Translations under genes and position numbers: made by a program | In this document: in pieces, positions 38,669-52,418 of the stretch | Layout of the letters: every line of letters begins with the position of its first letter | How positions within the stretch are numbered: the first letter of the stretch is position 1 | The notes under the pieces: generated by a model | Databases searched by the model: none | What the model saw: the letters and a program-made list of their open reading frames with translations, nothing else | Told to the model about the DNA's origin: nothing | Origin: Psilocybe cubensis | Lineage: Eukaryota | Length of the DNA stretch: 64,000 nt | Assembly: GCA_017499595.2 (NCBI GenBank) | Contig: CM038998.1 | Span: forward strand, 682,001-746,000 | Direction of reading: 5' to 3'

Positions 38669-41600
38669 ATTTGGTAGTGCTTTGCGGTACAATTTAACCA
38701 CCTGAATGGCCAAAAAGTTGACTTTAAAGGATTCCGTATCAAACGTAGAAACGTAAAAATCTAAACATAAGCTCCAAAATGGCATACACACCTCGCGCCT
38801 GGCGTCTCTTCTCCTTCAGCTGATCGCCTTGCACCATTTCAATGTCGCAAGAGAATGGGAAATCGGTGTCTTCCTTATCCATGCGTTATAACAGCTTGAT
38901 TCAAGAAAATAGACGGTCGATGGCTATGTCCAAGTTGTGTCGCACATTTTGCGGGAGATGTGAGACCAGTGGGGTCATGAGCAAGTCAAAATTGGCCAAG
39001 GCTAGAGGGACCACTCTTGAGCTCTGATTTAAAGAACATGAAGTATGAGTTTGTATCGCTTCGTATATAGCAAGGATATTTGTTGAATATGTTTGGGAGA
39101 AGGAGCTAAGGGCGACTGATGGCGACAGTAAAACTCGCAAAACCGGCGAATTTGATTTTCGTTTTGATTTCAGCTACGGTCACGTGTGTGAGAACATCAA
39201 AACAGGGGCTAGTTCTGGATTCATGCACTTTGGCTGATAATTCTTCATGTATAACTTGTGTACAATGACAGTAAGCGCTTTGCGCTAACCACCGGGCATA
39301 GAATTTTTTAATAGATAGAATGCCTCAATAGATAAGTAATTTTTTTCTTTGACGACTGTAATGGGAAAGAAAATGTCACTTCTCCAGAACATTCAGTGCG
39401 AAGCGGCCCCGACATGAACGCGACGCATCTGCAGAGTAACCACATCGCGCGGTTGAAAATGTCAAAAAAAATTGTTTTTTGCTTGTCATATCTACTACAG
39501 TCTCTTCATTACAAGTTTCTCAGTTTAAATTCAAGGCCCCCGCGGAGTATTACGTTCACCCGGGATGTCTTGAGCAGTAGATGGCACACAGCATCCGGTC
39601 ACTGGAATTCCTGGTGTTCAGCAAGACCAAACTCAGGAGAAATATCCCCAGAATATTCACAGATTTTATTGCTATGAATGGCCAAGAACATGCAAGGCAA
39701 GAAAACCTTTCTCCAGCGCAGAGAAAGCATTACGAGAGTCCACTGAGCACGATGAAATCGTGTGCACATCCTACCCCATGCGCCAACACCATACTTATAA
39801 CGTACCTGGAAATACAGTCAGAATAGAAGGAAAGTCTTGGAGAGTCCCATGGACGCCAGGTATGCTTAGGGCTGGGCTGGGTAAGGAGTCAACGCGCGAA
39901 GGGATATATTACAGGATTGTGTCCTTCCGTAATACGACATATCTATCCATCACAGTTGAAACGAGATATATCTTAAATAAATCTAGACTTGACCCCGCAG
40001 ACTCAGGTCAGACGTGGAGTGAGTATCGATTGCGCTATATTGTCTATCGCCAAAAGGCTCCTTACGGAAAAGCTAATCAACACATTCCCCTGCGATAACC
40101 TTTGGTTCACATTTTTTCGCACGTCTGACTCCGGAGTTGGGTGAATGAATACATTCACTCCAGAAGCCATGTTCCTTCCTGGCGGATTAGATGGCTGCTC
40201 AATTGAATAGGTAAAATAAAGGAGGCTAGCCTCACATCAGTTTCCAGCGGCAAGATGACAAGCAGCTATCACACTTTTATTGCTCAGATTTAGGGGCAGT
40301 CAAAGGACCGCCCATTGATACTGTATGTCGGAAGAGGAAGAACTACGTATACCACAATGAACAGAAGCTCAGATACCTAGGGAATAAATGAGCTAGTGTA
40401 ATATTCATCACTAAAGCGATAGATTTAACGTGTTGATAGGCAGTAAAAGGTGGAATATTTAATCAAATGTACTTACCGTATTGCCGAGATAATAGACATG
40501 ACTGCCAGCAGGTTCTAAATGCCGGGCTCAATACAATTCATTAGATGTATGAGGGAGCAACAGACGAACCAAGCAAGCCGGTTTTTGGGCAAGTTAAACT
40601 GCTAGGGAAACGAGCGACTGAGTCGCGATCGACGAGCTGAGCTGGCAAAATGAGCCAGCCTCAACAACTTCCACCCTGAATACACCGGATGGATTTCGTT
40701 ACAACTTGCGAGGCCAAGATTTACAATTACAAAGTAGCCCACATCCTGACGAGCGCGACTCCTCGGCTGACCTTCTGACCCGAAGTTCGGAGTGATGGTG
40801 ATCATACAGCAGGCAAATAGATTGATTGAATATAACTCATAGAAGCGGCCAAAAAGGGTTTGTCGTAAAGAAACAAATCCCAGAAAAATGGGAGGTAACT
40901 GTACGACATCAAGGCACCATCGCTGCGCCTCCGGAATTGGAACCTAAGAATCATGGAGAATTAGTGAGCTCGCTTATGCCTCGCTAGGCTCGTTGTCGAT
41001 TGACAGTGAGCGTTATGCCAGAATAATTCCGGGTCGTGCTTCTTGCGACCAATCGCAAGAAAAAATATGAAGAGATCATCCATAAGCACCGTTCAAACAG
41101 CTACTGATTATTGTATGACATCACCATTCTGGTCGCCTGGCGGATAGCATACGCATATCACTAGCATTGAAGGAAGGTCGAAATATGCGATGAAAACGGT
41201 TGGTAGGAAGAGCGTAGCCGTGGCGGTCAAGTGTCCAACATACTTTACGACCGATTGAAACGCATGTTCTCCAACCGAAATAAGTTACATGGAGCAGCGG
41301 TATCGAAACCCTACCCTTTGCCGAAGAAAGGTGGTCAGCAGCAACTACAGCCTTGCCAATACTGCAATGGTTTTTGACAGTAGACTGAAAGGCATGACAG
41401 AGCGCCTGTGAATATGGGTACCCTCGCAATACGCTGAGCACGGCAAGAATCGTCGTCAGTGAGAAATTATGTTTATTTTGGTCCAGTAGCGTTGTTATTC
41501 ACAGAGATGCATCTTGAAGGGAAAAGGCTTAATCAACTGTCACTCCTTTCATTCGCAGATCGTTCTTTGCCTCTGTAATTTCCTAGACAATCGAAGCAAG

Positions 41601-42817
41601 GGCGTGAGTACTTTGAGATGAAACAATCGCGAAACGACCAGCCCAAAAAGAAGATGAATGATGCAGTGAAGTGTGATAAATCGACCCAAAAGAGCGTAAA
41701 GCAGGAATGGCGGTTTCTACCAATCCTTTGGGCAGAGCAGCACCATGTCAGGTGAAAAAATGGAAGACTTCTAATTGCCATCCAAAACTCCATCATGAAT
41801 ACCCCCATTGAAAGAAGACGACGCTTTCTCAAAGGAGATGTTGATGTGTGAACGAGGCATGCCCTGCGCGATTAGCGACTCGTTTTGCCCCACATTGTGT
41901 CGCTTTCGAAGGTTCGACGGTCTCTTTAGTTCTGGGGAAGGGGTACGTAGGCACCGATAGTGGTGAGGGGAAGATAGGATAAATAAACAACAGTCCCAAA
42001 CTACGGAGACAGTGATGGGCCTATTGTTTATTTCCGGGAACATGCCCGGATGGAAACGAAAACGGTAAGGGTCGCGACGGCGGACAAAATTTTGCAGGAA
42101 ATTCCGGAACCGAAAGTGCACTGGAAAAGCTAATGAATAAAGAACTTACCCCGAGCAACTCATTGTAGGCCTCTGGACATTCTCGTAATGTCAGAAGGCC
42201 CATTCCAATCGACCAAAGACAATATGAACCAAATGATACAAGAAGCCACCATGGAAGCTGAAGTCAACCAACGCTATTAGAGAAGTTAAACAAAATCAAG
42301 TTGCATTGGCTTACCACAGGTATAATCTGGTCAGCAACTTTTGCGTCCAGGAGAGGCACCGAGAGTATCTTGAAGAATGTGAGCACGTATGAGATGACGA
42401 CGACCGTGCCAAGCAAGGCTACTCTGTGTGCGCGCGCCATTGGATATAATTAAAGAGTGAAAATGTCCAGGGCAGCTGAGGGGATACAATGTTTCTTGTA
42501 TCGCGTCCGACTTGTGAAATGCTGAAGGCGCGATGTTGTGGTTGTTCGAGAGTTGTTGATGTAATTTCATTTTGCGACGTGGCCGTGACGTTTCGTTTTG
42601 ATGATGATAAGATTTTGTTATCTTATCTACATAATAATTTAAGACCACATCAAAGGATAACTTAGACGACGTTAAGGTTATAAACACGTCCATTGAAATG
42701 CAAGTTAACTCCACTGCGTATAGGTATTTATTTTACTAGAGACGAGAATTTGCACTCGTTTGGTATAAAATTGAGAAAAACTAAGAATGTTGATATCATA
42801 ACGGCAGCAGAAGAACC

Positions 42818-43507
42818 TCACTCAGATTTGATGAGAGGAGTAAGTTTTCCTGCCTTGTGGAACGCGGTGGTGTCATCGTTGCCTGAACAAACGTAATAAA
42901 ATAAGAACACGTGTATTATCATATTTTATCATTGATATTGCACTCACCTCCGATGTGCTGTTGCTCTAAAGACGCACAGGGGGTTAAGACCCATTGCAAC
43001 CTATCAATAAAAGAAGGTACTCACTGACGAAGACATTGGGAACAGTTCTTTGACCAGTCTTCTGGTAGAGATATTCCTGGATGTCAGCTCCGTCATCGCG
43101 TTCGTCGAGTCTGTTGGATTTATTTAGCCAGTGACGTTTGTTTAGTCAGTGACAATCATGTAGCAGGAATGAACATACTCGATGATCTTAGGCTCCTCCT
43201 CTGGGAAGTCGGTCTTGAACAACGTCTTGACCTTCTTGCAGTATGGGCAGTAAGACTTTGAGAAGATGGTGACTTTGTTGCCGCTGATAGAGTCCTGCAG
43301 TACCCTCGCACATCAGCATTCATGATAGAGGAGCCAACGCCCATCTAGTTGGTTGGTTAGAAAGCTCACCTCAACAAATTGTTTGACCGACATTCTGTGC
43401 AATTGAGCTGAAGATGGATTGGAAGATGATGCCGTTGTAGAGAATAGAGCAAAGGAAAGAGATGCTGGGAGTCGAGAAGAGAAACCTGCAGTCAGCCGCG
43501 AAATCAT
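42818..43507 (-). CDS. Dithiol glutaredoxin (CPYC) with N-terminal presequence
   Basis: MISRLTAG..RMSVKQFVE|DSISGNKVTIFSKSYCPYC..|LDERDDG..GQRTVPNVFV|KQQHIG|GNDD..KSE*; includes an 18-nt exon at 42948-42965. Confidence 0.95.
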
Positions 43508-46500
43508 CCTAATTGGTACTCCTCAAAGCTTCGGCTCTGTCAGCATTGTGACGCCCTTGTGAGGATGGCGTCACGTCTGCACGTGACGTGTCTTTGTCAT
43601 GATTTGTAATTGTATGTATTTGTTCCAGGCCTCAACTTTGTCGGGACCAAAGACTTCCAAACTTCCAACTGCCTCTTGTTCTCAGTTAGTAACGACTCCC
43701 TCAACTCAATCAGGTTCATCATCCTCTCCATCATTGGTCCAACGCGAAAAGATCTCGAACTCTATTCGACAGTGAAGTATGTACATACTCCACTTTTCAA
43801 TCAGCATGCATCATGATCTCCAACACCGTAGATTTTTAGGGACTCATTTCCTCACGTTCAATTTTGAATGGGACACCTGAAGAACGGCAACCATCATCGG
43901 TTCTTTGCTGTCTCTGAATTGTCTTGATTCTCATCCAGATATCCCTCAATGCCTGATTTACGAGCATTGCTTACATTGGTAAAACGTTCACTTGGTATAC
44001 TTACATCGGAGTCCGTAACTTCCAGAATATGGTGACAGGACCTGACCCGTCTTGTCTATTGACGTCCTGGCGATCCGGATCTTTTGAATAATCTCGAACT
44101 GATGGTGAACCACCAATCCGAGCTGAAATGCCCTACACATTATGTGCTATATTTGTGTATTGCGAAACGGCTTAAATCCGTCCTGGTGGATCGAAAGATC
44201 ACTCTGCGCTGCCGTAAGACTCATCTAAAGATTTGGAATCGACTATTCTGGGATTCTGTGTGTTTACGTATATCCGGGATTGTTCCTGCTAACATGGTCT
44301 TTAGAAGAAAAATCTCCTTGTCATCGCCCACAGCTTCTAGGTTTGAAGATACAACGTTATCCAGAGCTTTACTCAATGTCTCGACCGACTACAGCACACT
44401 TTTTCTTGACCTGGTGCTCTATACATGTATTGTTTTTAACCCTATGGGAACAGGCCCGCTTCGGTGTCCAAACGCTTTCCCGACATCGCGAATCACCCCA
44501 ATGACCTGGCGCAACTCAATGTCTATGTCTATTGCTTGCGTATGCGCTATCGGTCATACTCTGATGAACCAGTAGACAAAGTGTCGACTGAACTTGGCTT
44601 TCGATCGATCTCGGGATGCTGTGGTTTCTTCGCATCAAGCTTCAGTGAAGGTGCAATGGCACTTCCGTTATTCAATAATACTGTTCTCTAGAAAATAAGG
44701 ATTACCTGCAGCTTGCTTATATGGTAACCCCGCACATCGAGCATATTACTTGAGTCGCGGCAGAACAGGGTGTAGAGCACGACGCGAAATTTGGTATGCA
44801 CCCGTCCGATTCCACGCTGTCACTTTACTCTAATCATATGCCTTTTCCTTACCTTACCTTTGCTGCGCCATCTATCGCGGTGTGCGCGGGTGCTCATGAT
44901 TAGATCCAAAGTGCCTTGAAAATCACGATTGTGGTTGCTTAAATTTTTCCTTTTGGGGGCGTTCAGTTTGTCAGACCTATCTTTCGCCCACCAGGACCTA
45001 ATGGGCTATGGTCGACGACGAAGGGCACGGAAGGAATCACTTAGATGATTCGGTAGTTGGATTCGACCGATTTTTGATTTATACGCCACACCTATCTCGT
45101 CCCTCAACCGGTACTTGTTCAACGTCGGTCGAGCTAGATCAGGGAAGTGGTACGTCAATCTCCGTCACGTCTAAAGACCTCTTTGGAAATCGCTTCAGAG
45201 CCATCAGCACCCTCAGAGCTCCTCAGAGCTGTTCTACGAATGAACTAGACTTTCTATGACAAGAACCAAGCTTTCTAGGGTGCAGACCTTTTTTCTCGAA
45301 GGACTCGACAATATTAAAGAAGAGTCTGAAGGTGATTAGCGACGTATGCCTCAATGCTCCGGCCATGCTGATGGACGGCCATCTCCTATGCAACTCCTTC
45401 GTTTCTGATGTCTCTGTCCTGGTAGCCATTCCGTCTCGCGTGCTTTCATGCCGCTATCTGACATGGAATCTGTGATGCGCATACATGAAGCCCGTATCCG
45501 AGTCATATGGCTGTGATGCTATCAATTCTGCTTCGCCGGATCGAAAGGAGTCTGTCAGCTATTGTCTCTAGGCATTCAACTTGCCCTATTCTCTATATGA
45601 ATGCCCGTCCGGAAATTAAAAAAGTGGGTAAAAGATGTCTCGGACAGCAGCGGGCATGATGTTGTTTGTGATACTAGCGGGCACCCCAAAACTTGTCGCA
45701 TGCGTCACGAAAAAACGCGCGCAACTTGGTTCAACTCGAATAGAATGGGGTTCTGGATGTGTAGTACCATGACCACCAGAGGAAAGAAATTTTCCAGGTA
45801 GTTCCAGATCTTGTGCGTAATTTCCGCTGTGCTCGAATTGCGAGTGTTCTGGCCATTCATCAGTGTGCTGGGACGGCGACTTGCTGGCCATTCTTTCTCT
45901 CTTCCTTTCTAGGCTCTCTTGCTTTGAGAGTCGTTGACCATATGGTCCTTGGATGGGCTTGGCTAATTGCACGTCCCCGACTCTGTCAACGCAAGCTTCA
46001 GTGACAACTTGTCAATTCATCTCCATCGTCAGGCGCTAGTCTTTTCATCTGATGTTAGCAGCAACGTGTTTGCACTGGTGGTTTACTGCGTCGCAAATCA
46101 ATTGGCCGGGCTACCGTATGAATAGGAGCATGCCTATTTCAAATGACCGAAACTGACTGGTATTCAATAACAGAACTATGTGGATATTCCTACCGAACGA
46201 CTGACCGATGTGGACGGACACTAAAGAGCAAAGGAGCTGTGAACATCGTTAGGACGCTATACCAAACGCGGGAACGGATGTTCAACTGTTAATTCTCCGC
46301 TTCGCGTATGGTTATTCAACAGTGCTCAAAAACTAGATCAAGACTTTTAAGCTCGGAGACAATACACTATTGGGTCCTGACAGAGCGCTGGTTTACTGAT
46401 ACCTAATATTCCTCGCCTTTGCGCCACTGGACAAAATTTCCATTTCTGAGATACGTCTTTTGGATCTACCTTTATCTTGGTTATTCTAGACATTCGTACC

Positions 46501-49500
46501 CGAACCGGCTTTCTACGCGTGTTCAATGGCACACCGGGGTCAAATGAGCGACGCAACCAGAGAACAAGAATAAGACATCCGCGACATTGGCGACTCTGGC
46601 GAAGGTTAATTTATTATCAAAGACACAGTCATCATTGACATGGCACAGCCCCTTATTGCTACTACTTATCGCAAGTTTATTCAGCTTACTATTTTTATCT
46701 CGCAAAAACCGGCGAAGCTGGCGCATGCGAAAAAGAATTATGATGATGGTAGGTGGGAATGGTCATTTCCGGGGATCTGCCTCTAGCTTTTAAACGTCAT
46801 GAAAAACCTATCTTTCAACCTCATTCATCATCCCCAAGTCAAACACTATCCTTCATGACGGCGAACGATTGTTTGATGTTGATGTTGATGATGGAGTCCG
46901 GTTATTGAAATACCCAGCTCGACATATGGATGGTTGGTTCGCAGAATGAGATATCAACGGGAAAGACACCCGTATGCCGGTTCGTCGTCACACAGACCTA
47001 TCAGGTTGAATTCTGTGAGGTCCCGCAAGTACAGCCAGAGACTCAATGCATCTGCAGAGCGCGTCAAGGCACAGGCAAATAATAGCACCTCCTTGGCAAA
47101 TAGTGAGCAGCGCAAACGTCGCGGAAGCTCTTCTGCCAGCAAACGAGGGAATCTTCTTTCTCCACTATGGAAGCTGTAAGTTACCCCATATCCGGGGTTT
47201 GACTACATATCATAGATGGGACGCGATACGCACAGGTGATTACAAGTGTTCCTTCTGTTCGAAGGAACGCGAGCTAAATTAACAAGGTGAGGGTTAAATT
47301 TATGACCAATCTCATCATGATTGTGGTGAATTTCTTGTCTGTTCCAGACATACGGGATTGTCCACCATTACGCCGGGCTTCCAGCGAGTGCCACTAAAGC
47401 TGAATCAGCCAAAATACTCACGCTCACTGCATTGCCGTTATCTAAGAGACATTTGTGTGGCGCACTACTGGGAACCGAATTACATTGGGATGATAGAAAG
47501 CTGTGGCGATGGCCTGTCTCCTTCCGCGAAAGACTGGTAAAGGCTTGCTTCCAAATACAAATTTTGCCGATGCGGATACTACCGAGCGGCGCAGAAGCCG
47601 TTATAATTATAAAGGCGACTGAATCAGTGTTCAGCAAGCAGAATATCAGAGAGGTTACACCGAGAGGGCAATGCTGTTAATAGTCACTCCTCGGACTGCT
47701 CTAATTTATGTGCTTCTCGCGCGTTCCGAATCATGACAGTATTGGTCCCCTGGAGGAGTGGTGTATGTGTGCGGAGAGAGAATCACTACAAATTGGGTAT
47801 TCCTTGAGATGACAAGTTGAGAATGTATTTTTTTCCTGTTGATGTGATGTCAACAACCAGAGTCACGGTTGAGCATAGATAGTTCATACTCTTCAGAGCA
47901 CACGAGTTAACAATGATTCCACGACCCCGCAAAGAAAAAGGATCATGAAGACCGAGATTAAGGAGAATATTTATATACCGACGACTTTTAACACCAGGTT
48001 GTATTGATTGTCCTACACGCTCTTAAAATCATGTCAATCCATAACAGTCAGGATCCTAAATTTAAATCTCGCTAAGAGCGCGTCCAAAAATAGATCTAAT
48101 CTTTTCACTTGGGACATTGATGCCTATCTCAAGCGTCTTCTTCCAGTGAGTTCTTCGGCGGTCGGAATTTGCAACATCTGTATTTCAGGATTTTTACCCA
48201 TGATACAAGGATAGCATCTATAGGTATTGGTTCACCTGCCTAACGATGTGAAATTGTGCACAGATTCGTTCCACGCTCGTCACGATGGAACATTGTGGAT
48301 CCCCTACAGTAATTTAAATATCAGAAACGCCATTCCCCGGGAGCCCAGACGTTTGTACCTGGTACAATCACAATCACAATCACTTCTTCTTCTTCCACAG
48401 AATTAGAACGCGTGAAACTCATGTGGAAAGGACGAAGAAAGTGATGTATACTATGTCTCCCAATTTTTCATCGGGTTTAAATTTCGGTATCTCCAGGTGG
48501 ACGTCAGCCATATATCTCGAGCGAGGATGCTCTGAGAAAATACACCCTTAAGGCCCTTGAGATGTATGTACAGCGGCTACACGGAAGGACTGGCGCCATG
48601 CAGCACTCTCGTAACGGCGCTGATCGTCTCCCGGAGCATAGTAAGAAGCACCACAAACTCAGACGCTTCGAGGTGAGAGCTCAACAAGAAGACTGGACAG
48701 ATCATATGCGGTCCATCGATCGTTGTCTACAGAGCCCTCTCCCCAAAGTGAAAATTTTCTAATCAGAAAAGAAAAGGATCCAACAAGTGGTTCGATGCCA
48801 TAGCATTTGTGGTTCCCATTGAAAGTCACAGAACGGACGAGACTGGAGTAAGTTGTCCATCTCTTTCTTCAATTTTCCTTTGGAACTGATTCGATCATTA
48901 TCTAAATTTTGTACATTCGCCAAAAGCGCATTCCTCCGCAGGAAGCACTGTACACATAGACGCCACTAGTGTAAGTCCGACTGGTACACCCACAAACTTA
49001 TGGGAAGGTGTATGCCGGATCCCGGCGCAACTACGGCTTTAAAACTTCGGGCCCCAGTCGCTTGGTACTCTCCAGAAAGCAGGGAAAACCTGCAAAATAT
49101 CTTTCCCATGGGACCTCCTCGTTTTTACCTCCTTTGCCGCGGCCCGACAAGGAGCCATGGGTAAAATTTGGGCGGTGTAGGCTATCATGCAATGTGCATG
49201 CGCGCAGTGACGTACTTGAACTGGATGGCACTGACACATACACACATTGTATTATACACGGCGCTACGCACCCCGTTACCAATCCGGCCCTGCCAGTGAC
49301 TCTTTTCGAGCGTGCGTTTTTACCCAGCTCGCCGATCCACGCGATTCACGGTTCACGGTTCACGATTCATGATCGATAATATCGAAACAGCAAAAATTTT
49401 AAAAAAGACACATCGGCCGTCACATATGGGAACGACATCTGAAGAGCCCACCAATTATCTACCTGCCCGCTCGATTGAATGCGGTGGCCGAGTGTCAACA

Positions 49501-50222
49501 TCATGCTTATCACAGTCATCCATCATCAGATTTCTTCAATGAAGCTGTTCAGCTGTACTGTGGTCTATCCAACAATATGCATCCGCGTAACTCTTTTACT
49601 CGTATCTTCGAAAAGAGGTTGACGTGTTTCTGGGATGAGAACGAGATGAACAGGACGGAGATATGGTCAGCGAGCCGATTGAGCTTACCAACGTTTCAGT
49701 GGAAGGATGTATCAGCGCAACCACCTTGTGGAATCAATCCACCTAGAGGCCGAGAATGAGCCTGGGCGCTCGTACAGTAGTCATTCAAACATGTCGGCCA
49801 ACGAAGATACTTACTGGCAACGTACACACTTTGTTACCTGTCCATGGCAAGCGGATCCGACTCCCCGATCATGAACAATGTAAAGTCCGTTCTTAGCAAC
49901 ACAAGTTATACACGAGTACATGGGTAAAAAGAACGGATAAGCGAAAGAACTATCGCTAAAACACGTATACAACTAGGTAAAATGTGTGGCAAAAAACAAG
50001 ACTACTATGTTAGTCCAAGAAGTATAGCAAGGGTTCAATGAAAAGTGCCTATATAGTCCATGAATGTAAAGTCATTAAAGTGTTCCCAATCCAAGGGCCG
50101 GAAAGGGTATAAAGAGTCGCAAGTGTACCGGATATAGTGATATAATACCTATTTTCAGAAAATGACGAGTGCAATCAAACCAAAAAGTCTGCAAGTGGCT
50201 TGTTAAGATGCGCGATAGCTTT

Positions 50223-51136
50223 TTAAATAGCAATCATAGCAGCACCAGCCGCAGCGGATAAAAGAACAGCTGCGATTCCGGCCGGGTTACCGCCGAAACG
50301 GGTAGAAATGGCACCAGAGAAAGGAGTAGTTCCGGCAGCACCGGCAGTGTTGGAAGCAGATCCTCCAGTGGTCGAGGGGCTGGTTGGGGTGGAGGAAGTT
50401 ACGACCAGAGAGGTAGCAGAGGACGTGCCGCTTGTGGTTGCAGACCTAGTACCGCTGGATCTATTGTACAAAAGAAAAAACAAGGTTACCAGAGTGCTGC
50501 GGGAGTTAAAAAGACTAGACGCACGTGACACTGGCAGAGGAGGCACGGAGTGAGCTCAAGTTGGTGGAAGAAACTGACACGGTGGTACTGAGGGGTGTTG
50601 GGGCAGCACCAATCGAAAATGAAGAGCTAGTGGCAAAGACATCATTGATGTCGCCAATGTTAACGGCTTGAAGAGTATAACCGGCACTATAGGAATTTAG
50701 GGGTTGCCGTTGAGCTAAACTGACATTAGCTGTCACCATGAATCCACTCACCCAACGGGAACAACGGGAAGAGTAAGGGTGAGTTTCAGCAAAGCTGGAT
50801 CAACGTTGTTGGCAATGGCATATGCATTGTTGAAAGACTCGTTGATGAGCTCGAAAGAAAAGGTGGAGAATCGACTCCTTTACAGAGGTTCCCAGTCAAG
50901 TTGTTAGGGGTGGCGGGCAAAAGGCACAAGGCAACTGTACACGTACGGGTCGCTGGCATCCACAGTCCATGTAATGGTAACCTCTCCTCCTGAAGTTGCG
51001 TTCGATGGGAACGTAAGGGTCAAGGCAGAAACCAGAGGGGCGAAAAGGGCGAAAAGGCTGGGAAAAAGGAACAATAACAGTAAGTTTCTCAAAATTCTCT
51101 ACTAGTAGAAATAACGCACCCAAGTTTGCTGAACAT
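50223..51136 (-). CDS. Secreted Ser/Thr-rich GPI-anchored protein (Kre9/Knh1-like N-terminal Ig-like domain)
   Basis: Signal peptide MFSKLGLFALFAPLVSA, TITW..DP..FSFEL..YTLQAVN..FATSSSFSI, S/T-rich stalk, hydrophobic C-terminal GPI signal. Confidence 0.88.
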
Positions 51137-51492
51137 TTTGGTATCGTAAAGGGGGAAGACTCGTGAATTAAGGAAAGGTACGGAGGGTAACGGTGAGAGC
51201 GATGTTGACGCTAGGCTGGTTGACGCCGTGAAATTTATAACCCTTCAAACCAAACACGTGTAACCAATGAAACGACGGATCATTCCAGATCATTCCCTGG
51301 TTTCAGCCAATTCTTAACTATGCCGCCCTAAATGACGATTAACTATAGGCTTCGGGCTCTACTTCAGCTTGTTTTCAAACTATTCTAAAACAGTCAGGCT
51401 CTATATTGTTCGTATTAGCTGGAAAAGATAAGCAAGCAAGATATATATCCACGAAGACGCGTATTTTGGGACAACATTCTACCTAGAGTCCG

Positions 51493-52418
51493 TCAGTAGA
51501 TCTAACACGACACATCATGAGAAAGGATCCAGAGAATGAATAGCAATATATAGAAGCACACCTCGTCAAACGGCCGGGTATCGTTGAAACAGCTTTCCCA
51601 AACCTCGTTGACTGCACGCTCTGCTGCCGCTTCATTAGGGCATGCTGGGTTCGCTGTCACAGATTCAATGGCTCGCCGCCGTACGCAAGCCTATCGGTGG
51701 TGATAGCGAGCAGACCATGAATTCCGTGAGAACATTGGGGGTGGGTAACGGTCAGAACAAAATGCTCACCTGGTGCTGTTTTGAGAACGACACGACGCCG
51801 CGACGTAACTCGCGCGTAAAGCGACAGTCACCGCTGAGATTGTTCGCCCGAATCTTCCATGATAATGTCAAATTTTCGGCGTCCGCTCGATGCTGAAAAT
51901 ACATAGACAAACCTCGCTACAGGCGTGATGGCGCAAGTTCGCCCAGTCTACTTTGAAACGGCAATGGTCGTACATGTGCATCAACTCATGGGCAATGGTG
52001 CTTTCCATATGCTGTTCGCTGTAGAAGTTGCCAGCGCAGAGTACCACAGCACCAGGATCGGGCGTGAAGCCTCCCGACCGCGTCTGATCACAAGGTGCAC
52101 ATAGGATATTAGATGGAGGTACTTCACAGCCAGAAAGCTTCAGATGCTTGAGCATAAATACAACAATTGGGCCTGCATGAGGTTAGAATTAATCAAAGAG
52201 TAAGAAACAACAACGAGCAGTGACGCACTGTAATTTATGAGGTACTCCTTCTTGCTCTCACATTGCCTGACATGATGCATGCGAATATCCTCAAGTCGTT
52301 CTTCCTCAGTCACCCCGAGACCGGTGACAAGCATAGCTTTTCTGCGCCATCTCTCAAAAGCGCTGGTGGGTTGGGGTGTGGAAGCAGAAGAATCTTGGTC
52401 TTTTCGAGAGTCGTCCAT
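51493..52418 (-). CDS. ATP23: Mitochondrial inner-membrane metalloprotease ATP23 (peptidase M76)
   Basis: [17 protein letters not shown] (HExxH), [31 protein letters not shown]. Confidence 0.95.
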
